From positions 5,817,053-5,881,052 of the forward strand of contig CM119266.1 of the NCBI GenBank assembly GCA_051294375.1: 64,000 nucleotides of DNA, read 5' to 3'. The notes under the pieces are model-generated. The model did no database searches. It saw only the letters and a list, made by a program, of their open reading frames with translations, and had not been told where the DNA came from. Below, piece after piece: positions 37,993-50,975 of the stretch (positions are counted from its first letter, which is position 1; every line of letters begins with the position of its first letter). The position numbers and the translations under genes are program-made. Origin of the DNA: Paraspadella gotoi. Taxonomy: Eukaryota > Animalia > Chaetognatha.

Positions 37993-39900
37993 GAATCTGA
38001 GCCAAAGAGACAAGGATGGGATTTCGTCCAGAAGACGGCGTCAGATTTTCTTTCTCAGTTAGGATATTTTTAAATTAAAAGTATTCTATTTACTATAGTA
38101 ATATTATTACAATTTCTCTTTAATTGATATTAGGTTTTCTCTATATTAATTTCTTTGTCAAAATTCCCCGTTTCTTTAAAAGTTTTGTTTAAAAAGAAAG
38201 GAATTTCAGATTGAATTTAACCTTTTAAACTTTGTTTAGACTTTTAAATGAAATCTGGGGGACAACGAGTTCCTCTTTCGTCGTCGTCGTCGTCGTCGTC
38301 CTTTCTTGACCCGAACCGCAATCTCCCCTTAACCAGGGGAAATACAACAACAACAACAACAACAACAACTAAGAAACAATTTTTGAATAGCCAAAATAAA
38401 TACGTACAAACAAAATAGAACAATTTAAATAATGTATTACAATCAACTAAATAAAAGTTTTTTCAGCAACAGCAATGTCAACCAGATTTCCTTAATCTCA
38501 TTTGCATATTGAAGCTTCTTATACTATCTCACATAATACTCAATTCTGTTAAGTAAAGAATAATATCACCGATTTTTTTATATTTCATATAAGATGTTTT
38601 TTTTTTATAAAAAAAAACAAACAAAAAAACATCACAACCATAAAAACAGCAGCAAAAACAACAACGACAACGACAAGAACAAACCACCGGTGATCAACCA
38701 CTCCAGTCAGGTTCACGCCTTACCCGTCGGGACTGAGTGATTCCCGTGACCCTGGGCGCAGTTGAGGACGTGACTCACGCTCAGGTTCTTGAGGCTCCCT
38801 TTGTTCTCCGCGATCGTGCTGTGTGGGAGAGCGGGGGTCAGGCGAAGGGGGGACAGGGAAGGTAGAGAAGAAGATTGGCGGGCGGGGGTGGTTTGAGAAG
38901 GCATGGGGCATGGCATGGAAAATGGAGAAGGTTGGGGGAAAGAAATTGTGGAAGGGAAGCAGAGGAAAGCAGGGTGGGTAACATGGGGAGGTGAGTAGGG
39001 GGTAGAGTTGAAGGGGAAAAAAGTTTTAATGAGAAATTGGGAAGGGAGCCATTTTATTTGTGAGAGAGAAAACAGTTAGGGAGAGATGGAAAGAATCTTT
39101 GAGAGAAAAGAAAAAGCACATATATTTGTTTGTAAAGCGACCCTTTGTTAGTTTTATTATTTACGACTATAAAACAACAGTTTATACTTTCTTTCCCTTT
39201 CGTCCCCCTTGGGTGGTTAACCCGTTAATTAGATTCAAATAGTTATTTAGCAACGAAGAGTAGGCGAAGAGAAACCCCCCCCTCCTCACGAAATTATTCA
39301 CAAATGTTTATCCTTCACAAAAAATCTCTCATTCGAAATTTTCGGGCGAAGATTTTCCGAAGTTTTTGTAGCCAAAAGGATTTTTTTTTCTTTTTTCAAC
39401 ATTAACATTCCGAAGAAAAATTCGATCAGTTACGAAAAGCAGCAAAAATCTATTGAAATAGACGGATGGAAGGATCGTTGACGGACAGACAGAAAAGAGA
39501 TGAAATTAATTAAAATTAATTAATTAAAATTGAAAAGAAAAAAAAAAGAAATTTCAGAAATCTTAAGATTATTACTACTATGATTTTTTACTGATTTTTC
39601 ATGCAAAATATTTCTATTTTCAAGTGTTTAAAAATTTTTGAAAATATTTTTAAAATATTTTAATACGATTAGATACGTATCTTTAAACATTGAAATACTT
39701 TTAGATGCTTAAATATTTAGCTAATAAATTCTTACAATGTGAAAAAAGTTCTTCGTTGACAAAGAAAGATCCATCGAATAACCGATAAGAATTATCCACG
39801 AAGATAGGAAAAGTGATTAGGGTCAGATTTGACCCATTTTTTCGCGAATATCTTGGGCACAGTTTTATGGCGAAATCATTATGAGGAAGATAAAATGTAG

Positions 39901-39950
<50 letters not shown>

Positions 39951-42900
39951 AAACTGCGCTTGAAAATTATGTCAGTTATAAACGGACTAATCTCTCATAA
40001 CTATAAATCAAATAAATCCCCACATTCCATCTTCCGAATTACGATAAATCCTGAAAAATCCTCAGTGTCCGAAATATAAATCTCATAAATCATCACTACT
40101 AGTGATTCACTAGTCTACAAAATCCTCTCTGTTTCCGAGATATAAAGCTAAATTAAGATATAAATCTTCATCATCTCCGACATATAAATCCATCCCTAAA
40201 TCCTCACTCGTCACTGAGATAAATCCCTTTCCAATGTAAATCCCTTCCTAAATCCTCACTAATTTTCAGTCTATGAATCCCCCTCTCTAATAAATCCTAA
40301 TTAGTATCTAAACTAATAAATCCCTCAATAAATCCTCACTAGTCTCCGAGATAAATCCCTGGATAGACTTCGTCGACGCGTTTGGTGGGAAGGGAGATCA
40401 ACTCGACGAGCTCATTGGCGTCGTTGAGCCGTTTGGAGACGACGGCCGGGGCGCGGACTTCGTGAAGGACCCTGACGAGGTCCTGGAAGAAGGGGATGAG
40501 GAGGAGGAGGAGGAGGAGGATGAAGAGGAGGGGAGAGGAGGGGGAGATTAAAAAGGAGAAATAAATAGGTTTTGAAGATTATACTACACTGTACTTTTTG
40601 TGGTACAAATTATTAAATAAATTCGTTGCTGAGTCACAATTTAAACTTTTTCCTATAAATTAGAAGCTATAAATCTGAGTAAGGAAGGAAAGTAAAGTAA
40701 TGTAAAGTCGATTTGGCTTTGGAAAACTGCCCGGGTAATTCTGTTAGTAATTAGGTTTTAAATCATAATTATTTTAATCCTTATTTAATACCTTGAAAAA
40801 TTTTTTTGGGGAAAATTTTATTTTAATGAAAGTTCTGAATCATTGATCATTATTATGTAGATTTTAAATTTAAAAAAATCTAATTAACCTTTAATACATA
40901 ACTTTTATTCGAATTAAAAGCCAATAAATATTTGAAAATATTTTTAGAAATCAATACTAACAATAGGTTTTAAAACCTTGTTTTTTTTCGACCACTTTTT
41001 TAAGGGTAAACGTAGAGCTAAAGTTTTAATGATCCTATTAACCCACCTTATTGTATATTTCACAATATAACACGCTATATAAATACACCATAATACTAAA
41101 TCTAAGGCAAAGTCGAACCTTGAGGCAACACTGAGCGACGGAGGACGAAGACGAATTGAGGTCCTTCAAGTAGGAGGAGGAAGAGGAAGAGGATGAGGAG
41201 TTGTGGAGAGAGGCTGAGACGCGACTCCTGGGGATGGAGGGAGGAAAGGGGAGGAAAGGGGAGGAAAGAGGAGGAAAGAGGAGGAAAGGAGAAGAATAGG
41301 AAAGGGAAGGAAAGAGGAGGAAAGGGGAGAAGAGAGGAAAAGAGAAGAAAGGGAAGGAAAATAGGAAATGGAGGAAAGGGAGGATAAGAGGAGGAAAGGG
41401 GAGGAAAATAGAAAGAGAAGGAAAAGAGGAAGGAAAGGGGAGAAGAAGGAAAGAGGAAGAAAGGGAAAGGAAATAGGAAAGGGGAGGAAAAGAGGGAAAA
41501 GGGAAAAGGAGAGGAAGAAGGAAAGGGAGGAAATTAGGAAAGGGGCGGAAAGCGGAGGAAAGGAGAGGGAGAAAGAAAAGGGAGAAAGAAGGAAGAAGTA
41601 AGAAAGAGGAGGAAAAAGAAGAGGAAAAAGGAAAAAAGAGAAAATAGGTAAAGTGAGGAAGGGAGGAAGAAAGAAAAATAAAAGTAAAGGGGAAAAATGA
41701 GGGGAAGGGAGGTAGAAAAAATGAGGAACAGGGAATGGGAAATTAATTAAGATTAAGATTAATATTTCAATTAAGATTAAGATTAATGTTTCAATTAAAA
41801 TTAAGATTAATTTTTCAATTAAGATTAAGATTAATTTTTCAATTAAGATTAAGATTAATGTTTCAATTAAGATTGAGATTACATACATAAACTACTTCAA
41901 AACTACTTAATCGTTTTCACGGTATTCTTGTTAAGAATGCGTTTCTTACGTACTAATTATAATAATATAAAAGTTTCTTTGGTCTATATATTATAATTTT
42001 GATACAATGTATCGAGAAAAAAATGTTATGCTTCTTTTATTAAACTCAAATTATTTATGAAATTGTTCTCGAGAGAAAAAAAACGGGTAATAAATGTAAA
42101 GATTTGCAATCGACATTTTATGTTTTTAAATTTTCAAACATTTGAAAGGAAACGTGACCGATTCGGACGAGCGCGTGACCATTTCACGCGAGCATGTGAC
42201 CCATTCACAACCGAAGTGGCCTTTGGCTGCGCGCATGACTATAAAAGAGTTGAGTGACTCGAAAGTAAACCATTAAATTTCGTCCATTAAAAATTATTTG
42301 GTGTGAAAATCTGTTGAAATCGAACTAAAAAAAGGAAAAGAAATGGAAAAGAAAAGAAAAAGAAAATAAAAAGAAAAGGAAAAGAAAAAGGAAAAAAGAA
42401 AAAAAAAGAAAAAAGAAAAATAAAAATGAAAATAAAAATGAAAAAAGAAAAAGGAAGATCAAAGAAAAACAAATTTAGAAGAAAGAAAAAAAGAGAAAAA
42501 ATAAAAAAAAAGAGGGAAAAGGAACGAAAAAAAAAAAGGAAAAAAATAAAAAAAATAGAAAAAAAAAGAGAAAAAGAAAGAAAGGAAAACAAAAAAGAAA
42601 AAGAAAAAAGAAAAAAAAGTGAAAAAGAAAAACGAAAAAAAAGAAGAAAAAAAAAGAGAGAAGGAAAAAAGAAAAATCGGTGTCGTTCATTCGGACGGAG
42701 AGAAAAAATCGGTCTTCCAATGGATTTGTGGGGGAAAGAGGGAGGAAGGGAGGAAAAGAATGAAAAGGGAGGAAAAAGGAAAAAAGGAAAGGGGGAGGAA
42801 GGGAGGAAAAGGGAAGAAAAGGGAGGAAAATGGAAAAAGGGAAGAAGGAAAAAAGAAAGGAGTGAGAAAAAAAAAGAAAGATGAAAAGAAAAGGAAGATG

Positions 42901-44528
42901 ACAGAAAACCAAAAAGAGAAGAGAAAGATAGAGAATAAAAAGAAAGAAAAAGGAAAGAAAAGAAAGAAAGAAAGAAAAGGAGATAAGAAAAAAAGGGGAA
43001 GGAAAGAGAGAGAGAGGGAGAGAGAGAGAGAGAGAACGAGAGAATGAGAAAGAGAGCTAAGGAAAGAGCGAGAGAGAGAGAAATGGAGAAAGAGGTTAAC
43101 GATGAAGCATTAGTAGAAGAGAGAGAGAGGCGGAGACAGAGAGAAAGAAAGAAAGAAAGAAAGAAAGAAAAAAGAAATAAAATAGAAAAAAGAAAGAAAT
43201 AGGAGAGAGAGAGAGAGAGAGACGAGAGGTAGGAGAGAGAGAGAGAGAAGAGAGAGGAGAGAGAGAGTAGAGAGAGAGAGAGAGAGAGGTATCATCGTTG
43301 AGACTTTGAATCGGAGTCGTCGTCCGTAATGGCATTTCAGTTCGGGCGGATTGCCAGTGACGTCGATGGCATGGGAGGCAGTTAGTGGTAATTGCCAGTG
43401 ACGTCGATGGCATGGGAGGCAGTTAGTGGTAATTGCCAGTGACGGCAATGGCGTATCAGTTAGATTCAATGACTCCCAATGATGGAAATAGGATTTAATT
43501 TAACATTATAATTAAATATCATTTTTAAAAAAATGAGAATTTACAATTCAATTACCATTGATAATAGAATGCATCAGCTTATCTTTTTAAAGTGATTTTC
43601 CATATTGGTGTCTATGATTGAATACTTTGTAAAGATACTGCAATACAATTACTAGTGACAATAGATTAAGATATATACAATGGGCTGACGCTACAGATTT
43701 CGTCCACCTCGTAATGACCGGAAAGTCTCAAACCGGAAAGGAAAAAAAATTTAAAGTTGGTTTCTCGCCTAAATGGAATCGTTACGACAGCCTCGTTTGC
43801 ATTGAATTTCTCTTTTTTTTTATATTTTATTTTATTTCTTTATTTTTTTTTTTATTTTTCTTAGGACGAACGAAAGAAAGTGCGATCGATTTTCAACGGG
43901 AAGAGAAGATGGAAAAAGTGAAAGAAGATATAAGCTAAAAATTTTACAGGGAAATATTATAAGAAAATGAAAAAAAAAGCGGAGAAGAGCGTAAGAATAG
44001 AGAAATTGAATTAACTGAAAAAGTAGAGCGAAAGGGTAAAATTAAAGTAGAATCAAATATTCAAATACAGCCAGTATAATGTCAAATAGTTTGTATTAAG
44101 ATGTAGAAATATAAACTAAACTACGAAATATAAACTAAACTACGAATGTGAGAGAATCGTGATTGAAAGCTTACAGCCTTACAGCCTTACAGCCTTACAG
44201 GGTCTGCTATGTTATAAGAAGTATGCAGGCCTTAACACACCATAGCCTGTAGAAAGTCATGGGCAAGGGAGCTTAGTTAATTAATGATTGGATAAATTTT
44301 ATATTGGTTATACTTATTTCATAAAGAATCTCAGTAATGAAGGGTATTGGATACCAAAAAAGAAAGAGAGGGAGAAAATTAAGATACAGCGAAAAAATAA
44401 AAATAACTTTTACCTCTTCAACCAATGAAGAATCACCATTTTCACAAAGTTCACCAACCCTCTCTCACTCGGTCAGTGAACTCTACCCGAACTCACCGCT
44501 CCTGCGTCTCACAAACTCCGCGCAGCAT
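34192..44528 (-). CDS. Atypical dual-specificity protein phosphatase (DUSP3/13/26/DUPD1-like)
   Basis: Phase-consistent exons 44497-44528 (tentative start), 41119-41227, 40340-40482 (VDEVYPGIYLGD), 38724-38818 (VSHVLNCAQG), 36452-36580 (YFGIPAIDHPGYDLAQHFNDAAEFI), 35610-35704 (VHCVQGISRSSTIVCAYLM), 35218-35348 (RNVCPNEGFLQQL), 34192-34636. The catalytic CX5R motif and the general-acid Asp are intact. Confidence 0.92.
35218..35348 (-). CDS. DUSP exon
   Basis: ALSSVRRKRNVCPNEGFLQQLVELN. Confidence 0.9.
35610..35704 (-). CDS. DUSP catalytic exon
   Basis: GRIYVHCVQGISRSSTIVCAYLMLRKSYSAVQ. Confidence 0.95.
36094..36270 (-). mobile_element. Family A repeat copy
   Basis: Reverse-orientation match, within a DUSP intron. 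Confidence 0.8.
36452..36580 (-). CDS. DUSP exon
   Basis: DESFYKGTGIKYFGIPAIDHPGYDLAQHFNDAAEFINACLVMG. Confidence 0.93.
36640..36810. repeat. ~66-bp purine-rich tandem repeat in a DUSP intron
   Basis: gaaggttaatagaaaggaaaaggga... recurs at 66-nt spacing. Confidence 0.8.
37100..37220. repeat. ~46-bp tandem repeat
   Basis: aatgcattttaagcgcatttaaagtattaagtgcattaaatttaa x2.6. Confidence 0.85.
38724..38818 (-). CDS. DUSP exon
   Basis: TIAENKGSLKNLSVSHVLNCAQGHGNHSVPT; gtaagg donor. Confidence 0.92.
40340..40482 (-). CDS. DUSP exon
   Basis: DLVRVLHEVRAP...KRVDEVYPGIYLGD. Confidence 0.9.
41119..41227 (-). CDS. DUSP exon (Ser-rich N-terminal part)
   Basis: SRVSASLHNSSSSSSSSYLKDLNSSSSSVAQCCLK; phase 2-0. 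Confidence 0.7.
41230..43290. repeat. Purine-rich low-complexity tracts and (AAGATT)n repeat
   Basis: Source of the K/E/R- and F/L/S-rich spurious ORFs. Confidence 0.85.
43350..43445. repeat. ~41-bp tandem repeat
   Basis: attgccagtgacgtcgatggcatgggaggcagttagtggta x2.3. Confidence 0.85.
44148..44322 (-). mobile_element. Family A repeat copy with internal (gccttaca)n expansion
   Basis: Reverse-orientation match. Confidence 0.7.
44497..44528 (-). CDS. Tentative DUSP start exon (MLRGVCETQER)
   Basis: ATG, CG|gtgagt consensus donor, phase 2 matches 41227; an AG acceptor just upstream suggests further 5' exons. Confidence 0.45.
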
Positions 44529-46152
44529 CTTTTGCTGCAAATGAGGAAAGAAGTAGAAGACGGGTGCCGCAACCCAAACCACGTTGAAAGGGGAGAACAT
44601 GAGATTCGTTCTCCCTTCTGATGAGGAGAACGGGGGATTCGTTCTTCCTTCGGAGGAGGAGAACGGATTCTGAGTTTGGTCGAAGGGCGAGGAGAATGCG
44701 GAGAACATGACGGAGAATTGGAGAATCGAACGGAATGCGGTTGGGCGCTCAGATTCTGCAATGCTTCAATACTGTAATTCACCAATTCCGCCTCATTAGA
44801 GAATAAGATTGTCGCTTTGAGATTAAAATGTATTTTGGTTGGAAGAAGACGCAGCATTCAAAGCTACAGCAGTTTCGTTATTTTGTAGAGAGAAAGAGAA
44901 AGAGAGAAATTTGCGGCGAATGTCCTCAGCGTTGCAACTTGCTTCAAAATTTGATCGGGTACAACGAGGCGTCCACTGGCGTCGTTGTTATCGTCGTCGT
45001 CGTCGTTTCAATTTTGCGTCAAGTATTCTGATCTGCTTCTGATCTTTCGACGTTTTTCTCGCTAACCGAACAGCTGTTGTTATTTTGTATGTATTGTATG
45101 TATTTTTATTTTGTATGTATTCAAACGCTGCTTCTGATCTTTCGTCGATTTTCTCGCTAATCAAATTGCTGTTGTTATTTTTACAGCAGCCTTTGTCTTT
45201 TTCCAAGTTTTCGCTGTGAAGGCGATCCGACTTTCCGAAGACGTCGACGACGACGACGACAATAACGACGACAGTGACGACGACAACCCGGACGAAAATC
45301 AGGCTGAGGGCTTTAATCCAAACAAAGCAAAGTCGTCGTCGTCTTCGTCATCATCGTCTAATTTTCCCCCAAAAATCGCAAATCAAGTTTTTCGCGATTA
45401 AAAGATTTTCTTTCTCGATTCGACGGCGTTAACCCTTTGTCTTCCGCCGCTGACGCCGCCGCCGCCGCCGCCGCCGCNNNNNNNNNNGACGTCGCGCCGA
45501 GGTAAGGCCTTCATTCTCAGTCACGTGACTCGATCCGGTCGAAAGGAGAAGCGAAAGAATCGGGAGGGTGAGGATGTCAGCCTCGTTTTCATCTCAGGGT
45601 AAGTTACAGTTTGTTTATGGCTTTTTTTTAAGCCTATGAACAAAGTTTGTCATTTGAACCTAAAATGCGTCTGGGTTGGATCGGGGTAAGTTTAAAAAGT
45701 ATTTTATCCGATAACCGGATATTATTTCGTCTGATTCCATGATTGAACTTACCCCTCCTTGCCCCCCCCTCTCACTCCCCCTTGCTCCCCCGTTGCCCCC
45801 CCCTTTTTGAAAAGAGGAGAAAAACCCCTTTTTTTAAAGTCAGAAATATTAGAGTTATTAATTAGATTCAAAAGCTCATTAAAACGAGACAGGGATTCGT
45901 TTTTAACGATATCGCGATTCGCTATTAAGAGATTCGCTTTCTATGTAACAGACAGATATATCTCGTTTTAACGAATCGCGAGCGTCGAGGCGCGGTTACA
46001 ACGTGATTCATCGGAGGCGAATTTTCGTGCATGGATTGGTGTATGTGAAAAAGACTTTTTTGTGATTTGATTTCAAACATTCGACGAAATCTAAATAGCG
46101 AATTGACCGTTTGCCTCTGAGACATGGAAAGCCCTTGGGCGAGGAATGCCGG

Positions 46153-46282
<130 letters not shown>

Positions 46283-46574
46283 CAACGATTAAAGCTACTC
46301 GATCGATAATTAAGCCACCTACCATTTTCGAAGTTCGGAAGCAATTATAAACTTAGCCGAGGTACGAATTAAACTTATTCGCCCAATTCTTATGTTAATT
46401 TTTTAATAATTCCTTTTTAAAAAATTAAAAGTAAGGAAAAAATGGAGAGAAAAAATGAAACAAAAACAAAATTTGACAAGTCATGAAAAAAATGGAGAAA
46501 AAAAAATAAGAGATGAAAAAAAAAAAACGAAAATAATTTTTTTCGTTCGTCGATCAATTAATTTTTGATATATA

Positions 46575-46790
46575 TCTTTTGTTTAATATTTTAACTAACA
46601 TTCTTTCTTTCTTTTCTATTAATTTTTGGGAGGTGTCTTTTGTTTAATATATTAACTAACTTTCTTTCTTTCTTTTCTATTAATTTTTGGGAGGTGTCTT
46701 TTGTTTAATATATTAACTAACTTTCTTTCTTTCTTTTCTATTAATTTTTGGGAGGTGTCTCCTGTTTAATACATTAACTAACTTTCTTTC
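46575..46790. repeat. ~61-bp tandem repeat
   Basis: tcttttgtttaatatattaactaactttctttc...aatttttgggaggtg x3.5. Confidence 0.9.
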
Positions 46791-47119
46791 TTTTTTATTT
46801 ATTTCTTTTTGGGTTTTCCTTCTCTCTTTTATTGTTCTATCCCTTTGTTTCTTTCTTTGTTTCTTTCTTTTTCATTCTTATTTTAATTTCTGTCTTTCTT
46901 TTCTTTCTCTCTTTCATTCCATTTATTAGTTTATTTATTTATTTATTTTATTTATTCATTTATTATTTATTTATTTATTTTTCTTTTTAGAAGCAACAAA
47001 TAATTAAATTAATAAATAAATGGTAATTTCATATTTCTGTCACTGTTTTCTGTTTTATATTCATCTCCCGCCTAATTGAATTTATAAAATAAGATCATCG
47101 ACAAAATATTGGCAGCCAA

Positions 47120-47255
47120 TTCCCACAGTGCTTCCTATCATCCCCCACAGTGCTCCTATTCATTCCCCCACAGTGTTTCCTAATCATTGCCCCACAGTGC
47201 CCTACCATCATGCCTGTTCATCCCCGCAAGGCTGCCTATTGATCCCCCACTGCTC
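47120..47255. repeat. ~21-bp minisatellite (ccccacagtgctcctatcat-like)
   Basis: cccacagtg core repeated 4 times plus degenerate copies. Confidence 0.8.
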
Positions 47256-47779
47256 CGCCTCGAATGAATCCTATGACAAGTTTATTGAAAGCTCCCTTCT
47301 GAGCCACTCCAACGAGTAATTAAGGCATTATATTTCAGGAAGAATATCTCGCGAAAAATAAATTAACCAGTTAACCAGATATTAATTTTTGGCTCTAAAG
47401 TTTTTCGGTATAAATGGAATCGAGTCTCTCATGTTGAGGACGCGGCGTCGGCAGTTTGCAGGGCGAGAAAAGAAGTCACGCCGGTTTTAAGGCTAAAACG
47501 GTTTATTCTGGGAAAAATAATTATATTATTCGAGCGATAGAAAGATCTCGTATCCGAATGACTAAACATGAAAGTCCCATTTTAAATTTTAATATCATAA
47601 ATCTTAAAATTGTTAAATATCGAAAATTGTATGCCATAATTTAATATTAATTATTAAATTAATAATTAATTGTAATTATATTTTGTTCTTTTTATGTTAT
47701 TGATAGCGTTACTGTTACTGCGTTACTGTACTGTCTTGAAATTATGTTAAATCGTTTTTGAAGAGAAGAAGAGAAGAAG

Positions 47780-47831
<52 letters not shown>

Positions 47832-47853
47832 AGAGACAGAGACATAGACATTA

Positions 47854-48477
47854 AGGCGTAGTAAAATTCTAAATACAACTTAATTAAAATTCTAAAAGTG
47901 AGAACGAAACAACATTATACTAATGAACATTTATGTCATAAAAAAATTTAGATAAATTTTACCAATTTAGCAGTAGGCCATATTATATAGATACTAAACC
48001 AATAAATGTTAAAATTTCAAAACTGTTTTTTTAAAAAATTTTTTTTGCTGATTTGATTCGTCATAAAAGTTGATAAAAAAGAATATACCTCTTTTTTGAA
48101 AAATTACTTCATTAAGTGAGGTCAAAAATTATAAAAAGCTATATATTTTAAGCTGAAAATTAACTTTTTATATATTAATATAGTTTTTTTAATTTTGAAC
48201 CCACTTAATGAAAGAATTTTTTAAAAAAATGATTTATCATTTTCTTTTATCAACTTTTGACGAGGAATTCAAATCTGCCAATCAAAATTAAGAGAAAGCC
48301 TATTTTGGGATTTTTTCGATTTATAAGGATAGTTACTTATATGAAATATGCCCTACTGCGAAATTGTAAAAACATAAAATAATTTTTATTTGACAAATTT
48401 AATGTTCACTGACTGGTATTTGTTGTTCATAATGACTTGTTAGATTTTCGTATGCAAAAACCTTTTTCACTACGCCT
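47854..48477. mobile_element. Foldback MITE, TA-flanked (Tc1/mariner-type target site)
   Basis: TA|AGGCGTAGT...ACTACGCCT|TA; the two halves are imperfect reverse complements along most of their length (e.g. tcgtcataaaagttgataaaa / ttttatcaacttttgacga; ttcattaagtg / cacttaatgaa). Confidence 0.8.
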
Positions 48478-49442
48478 TACTAGACATAGACATAGGGACA
48501 GAGAAAACGTCTGCCTTGACGAAAAAGTGAGAAACCAAAAATGTGAATAAACTTTTGAGAAAAGAAATAATTTTCTTTTACGGAAAAATTATATTTTATT
48601 TCAGAAGAGTTGAAAAACTGAGCAAGGATGTTGAGAGCGACGTTCGTGACGATAACGACGACGATAACGACGACGATAACGACGACGATAATGACATTGT
48701 ATCATAATACCTCAACCAAATTGTATTTTTAAATGTACTAGAAATTTAAATAGAAATATGCAAACAGACGGATGATAGACAGACAAATAGACATACTGAC
48801 GGATTTAGAAATAAAAATATTTGTCAAAACATAATAAAACAGAAATTACAGACAGTCAAACAGTAAGACAGACATACAGACAGACCAACTTTATGTCCGA
48901 ATGTCGCTTTACGCGATTTCCAAGTTTCGCTGAGAAATAAAAATTTTATTGGCGAAGTTTAATCTTAACGCGAAGTCCCGTCGGCCGGAATTCGTCGGGG
49001 GGGGGGGGAGAAAGACCGGAAGAAAAAATGGAAGACCGGAATAAAAAAGTCCGGGAATTGAGAGCAAACAGAGCGTGAATGTGAATGTAAATGTGAATGG
49101 AAATTTTGTGAATTTATGATTTATGGAAGATTTATTGGTAGATTTATAAGTGGTATATGGGCTTAATCTTGAAAAAGAACATAAAGCAATGGCACTTGAA
49201 ATATATTTTACTACTATATGCAAATGAGATTTTAACGACGATGTGTGATCCAGTTTAGACAAACCAGTATAGAAAGGTAAAATGAACGTGTTGAATGTGA
49301 CAAATACCGCCAACTTTGGGTTTAAGCAACTTTTCGGACTCATCCTCTCATTTGACTGCGTTGCAGGCAAATGTAACCAAAAACTCCGCTATCTCCAATT
49401 GTCTCTTTCTATATCAAACTCAGGTCGAATAAAAAAAAGTAG

Positions 49443-49490
<48 letters not shown>

Positions 49491-50065
49491 AGAGAGAGAA
49501 GAGATAGAGTTAGAAGAGAGAGAGAGAGAGAGGTCAGTTTTCTCTCTATTTTTGACTCATGAGCAACAGAGGAGAATGCCAAGGGAATTTTCTTATTCTC
49601 CTTTCGACCTTCGCTTTGAAATTGTACCGAAAAAGTTTTTAGCGACGAAAGGCAAGTTGATTTATCATTTTAAAAGATTAAATTCGTTAAAATAAAAACA
49701 AATATAGAAGAATTCTGGTTTAATTTTTTTTTTTCAAATACTTTCGTTAGTAATTTATGAAGGAGTTTCGTCTGAAATCTGAAAGATGATTCGCGCTTGT
49801 AATAAAAACTGTTGTTTGTGGAAGCAAAGATTCTAATGTTGTTTTTTGAATGATTTACTTTGTTGTTCGTGACGATCTTCACTTCTCTCCCCAAACATTC
49901 ACATTTTAAAAAATGTTTCTTTATATAATTGTAATATTAAAGTTTGTTTCTTCAAGGTCGTTTTAATTCTGTTGAAATTTAAAAATAAAACCGACATAAA
50001 CTTTAAGTTTAACTAAAATCAAGGAAAACTCGAAGAGGAAAAAAAAATAAACCAGAATTAAGAAA

Positions 50066-50398
50066 AACAAGAAAGGGTCCATCCAATGCGTTGGGCCGCT
50101 GTGACTTAATTTTCCCTGTGATTACATGACTACATGATTATGAAATTTATGTATAACAAACGTCTTATGGTTGATCACGTACTGCATAGGAAAATATAAA
50201 AATAAAAGGCGGCGCTAGCAGTTGCTTTGATTTGAGGTTTTTCCCAGTCATAACAAATGAGCAACCAAGTGTAGACGAATTATGAGCTTTTTTAACGTAA
50301 GTGGGATAGACTGACGGACTGATACACCTACCGACCGACAGACCGACGGAAAAATAACTTATACAGTCGCTCCACTCCACTCGCGGCGCAACTAAAAA
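50066..50398 (-). mobile_element. DINE-1/HINE-like element, reverse copy
   Basis: ctcgcggcgcaactaaaaa end, (ccga/caga)n run, aacaagaa...gcgttgggccgctgtgact other end; fragments at ~16660-16715 and ~11810-11850. Confidence 0.65.
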
Positions 50399-50975
50399 AA
50401 TTTGAACCTAATTCGGTTAAAGATGAAAAAAAAATTAAAAATTTCTATTTTTTTTCTCTTTGACTTTAATTTCTGTTTCACGTGAAGAGACGAACGGATA
50501 AGAAAATGTAAATCTCGCAAAAATTCGCTCTTGTGTGTGTCCCTTGTCAAGTTGTAAATGTATATTGAATGATATACGAACTCCTTTGTTTTATAACTTA
50601 ATTGTTTTCGAGAGAAAAAAAAGTTTCTTACGTCGACAAAAGATGGAAAAAAAGTTTGATTGTGATCGACATTTATTGATCTCTCTTTTTCTTTAAAAGG
50701 GCGGAGACGTTTCTATATACATTATTTTATGGTCTGTCAGTCAGTAATTTAATAAATATGTCGATAGAAATACTTTTTGCCCAAAACAAATTGTTCGCTC
50801 TTATAATCAAAAATTATACCGAGAAAGTCATTATTGTTGCCTTGTACAATGTACAATTTAAATATTACATAGCGTCTTACTGTGATATTTAATTTCTTAA
50901 TCCTTTATTTAATTTCTTAATCCCTTCATACTTAAGGGAGTGGTATTATTATTATCATTCTTTAAAATATTATAC

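Noticed and set aside
36270-40640. Several TGACTCA (AP-1) sites in DUSP introns
   Set aside because: The heptamer is frequent across the whole window; enrichment cannot be shown without a background model.
41166-43047. Long K/E/R-rich and F/L/S-rich ORFs
   Set aside because: Purine-rich low-complexity intron of the DUSP; only 41119-41227 behaves as an exon.
44600-44675. CTGATGAG followed by a hairpin (hammerhead ribozyme-like)
   Set aside because: No GAAA follows the putative stem II; better explained as a short tandem duplication with internal hairpins.
46575-47255. Regularly spaced repeats resembling a CRISPR array
   Set aside because: Units are contiguous tandem copies without unique spacers, in a eukaryotic context with no cas genes.
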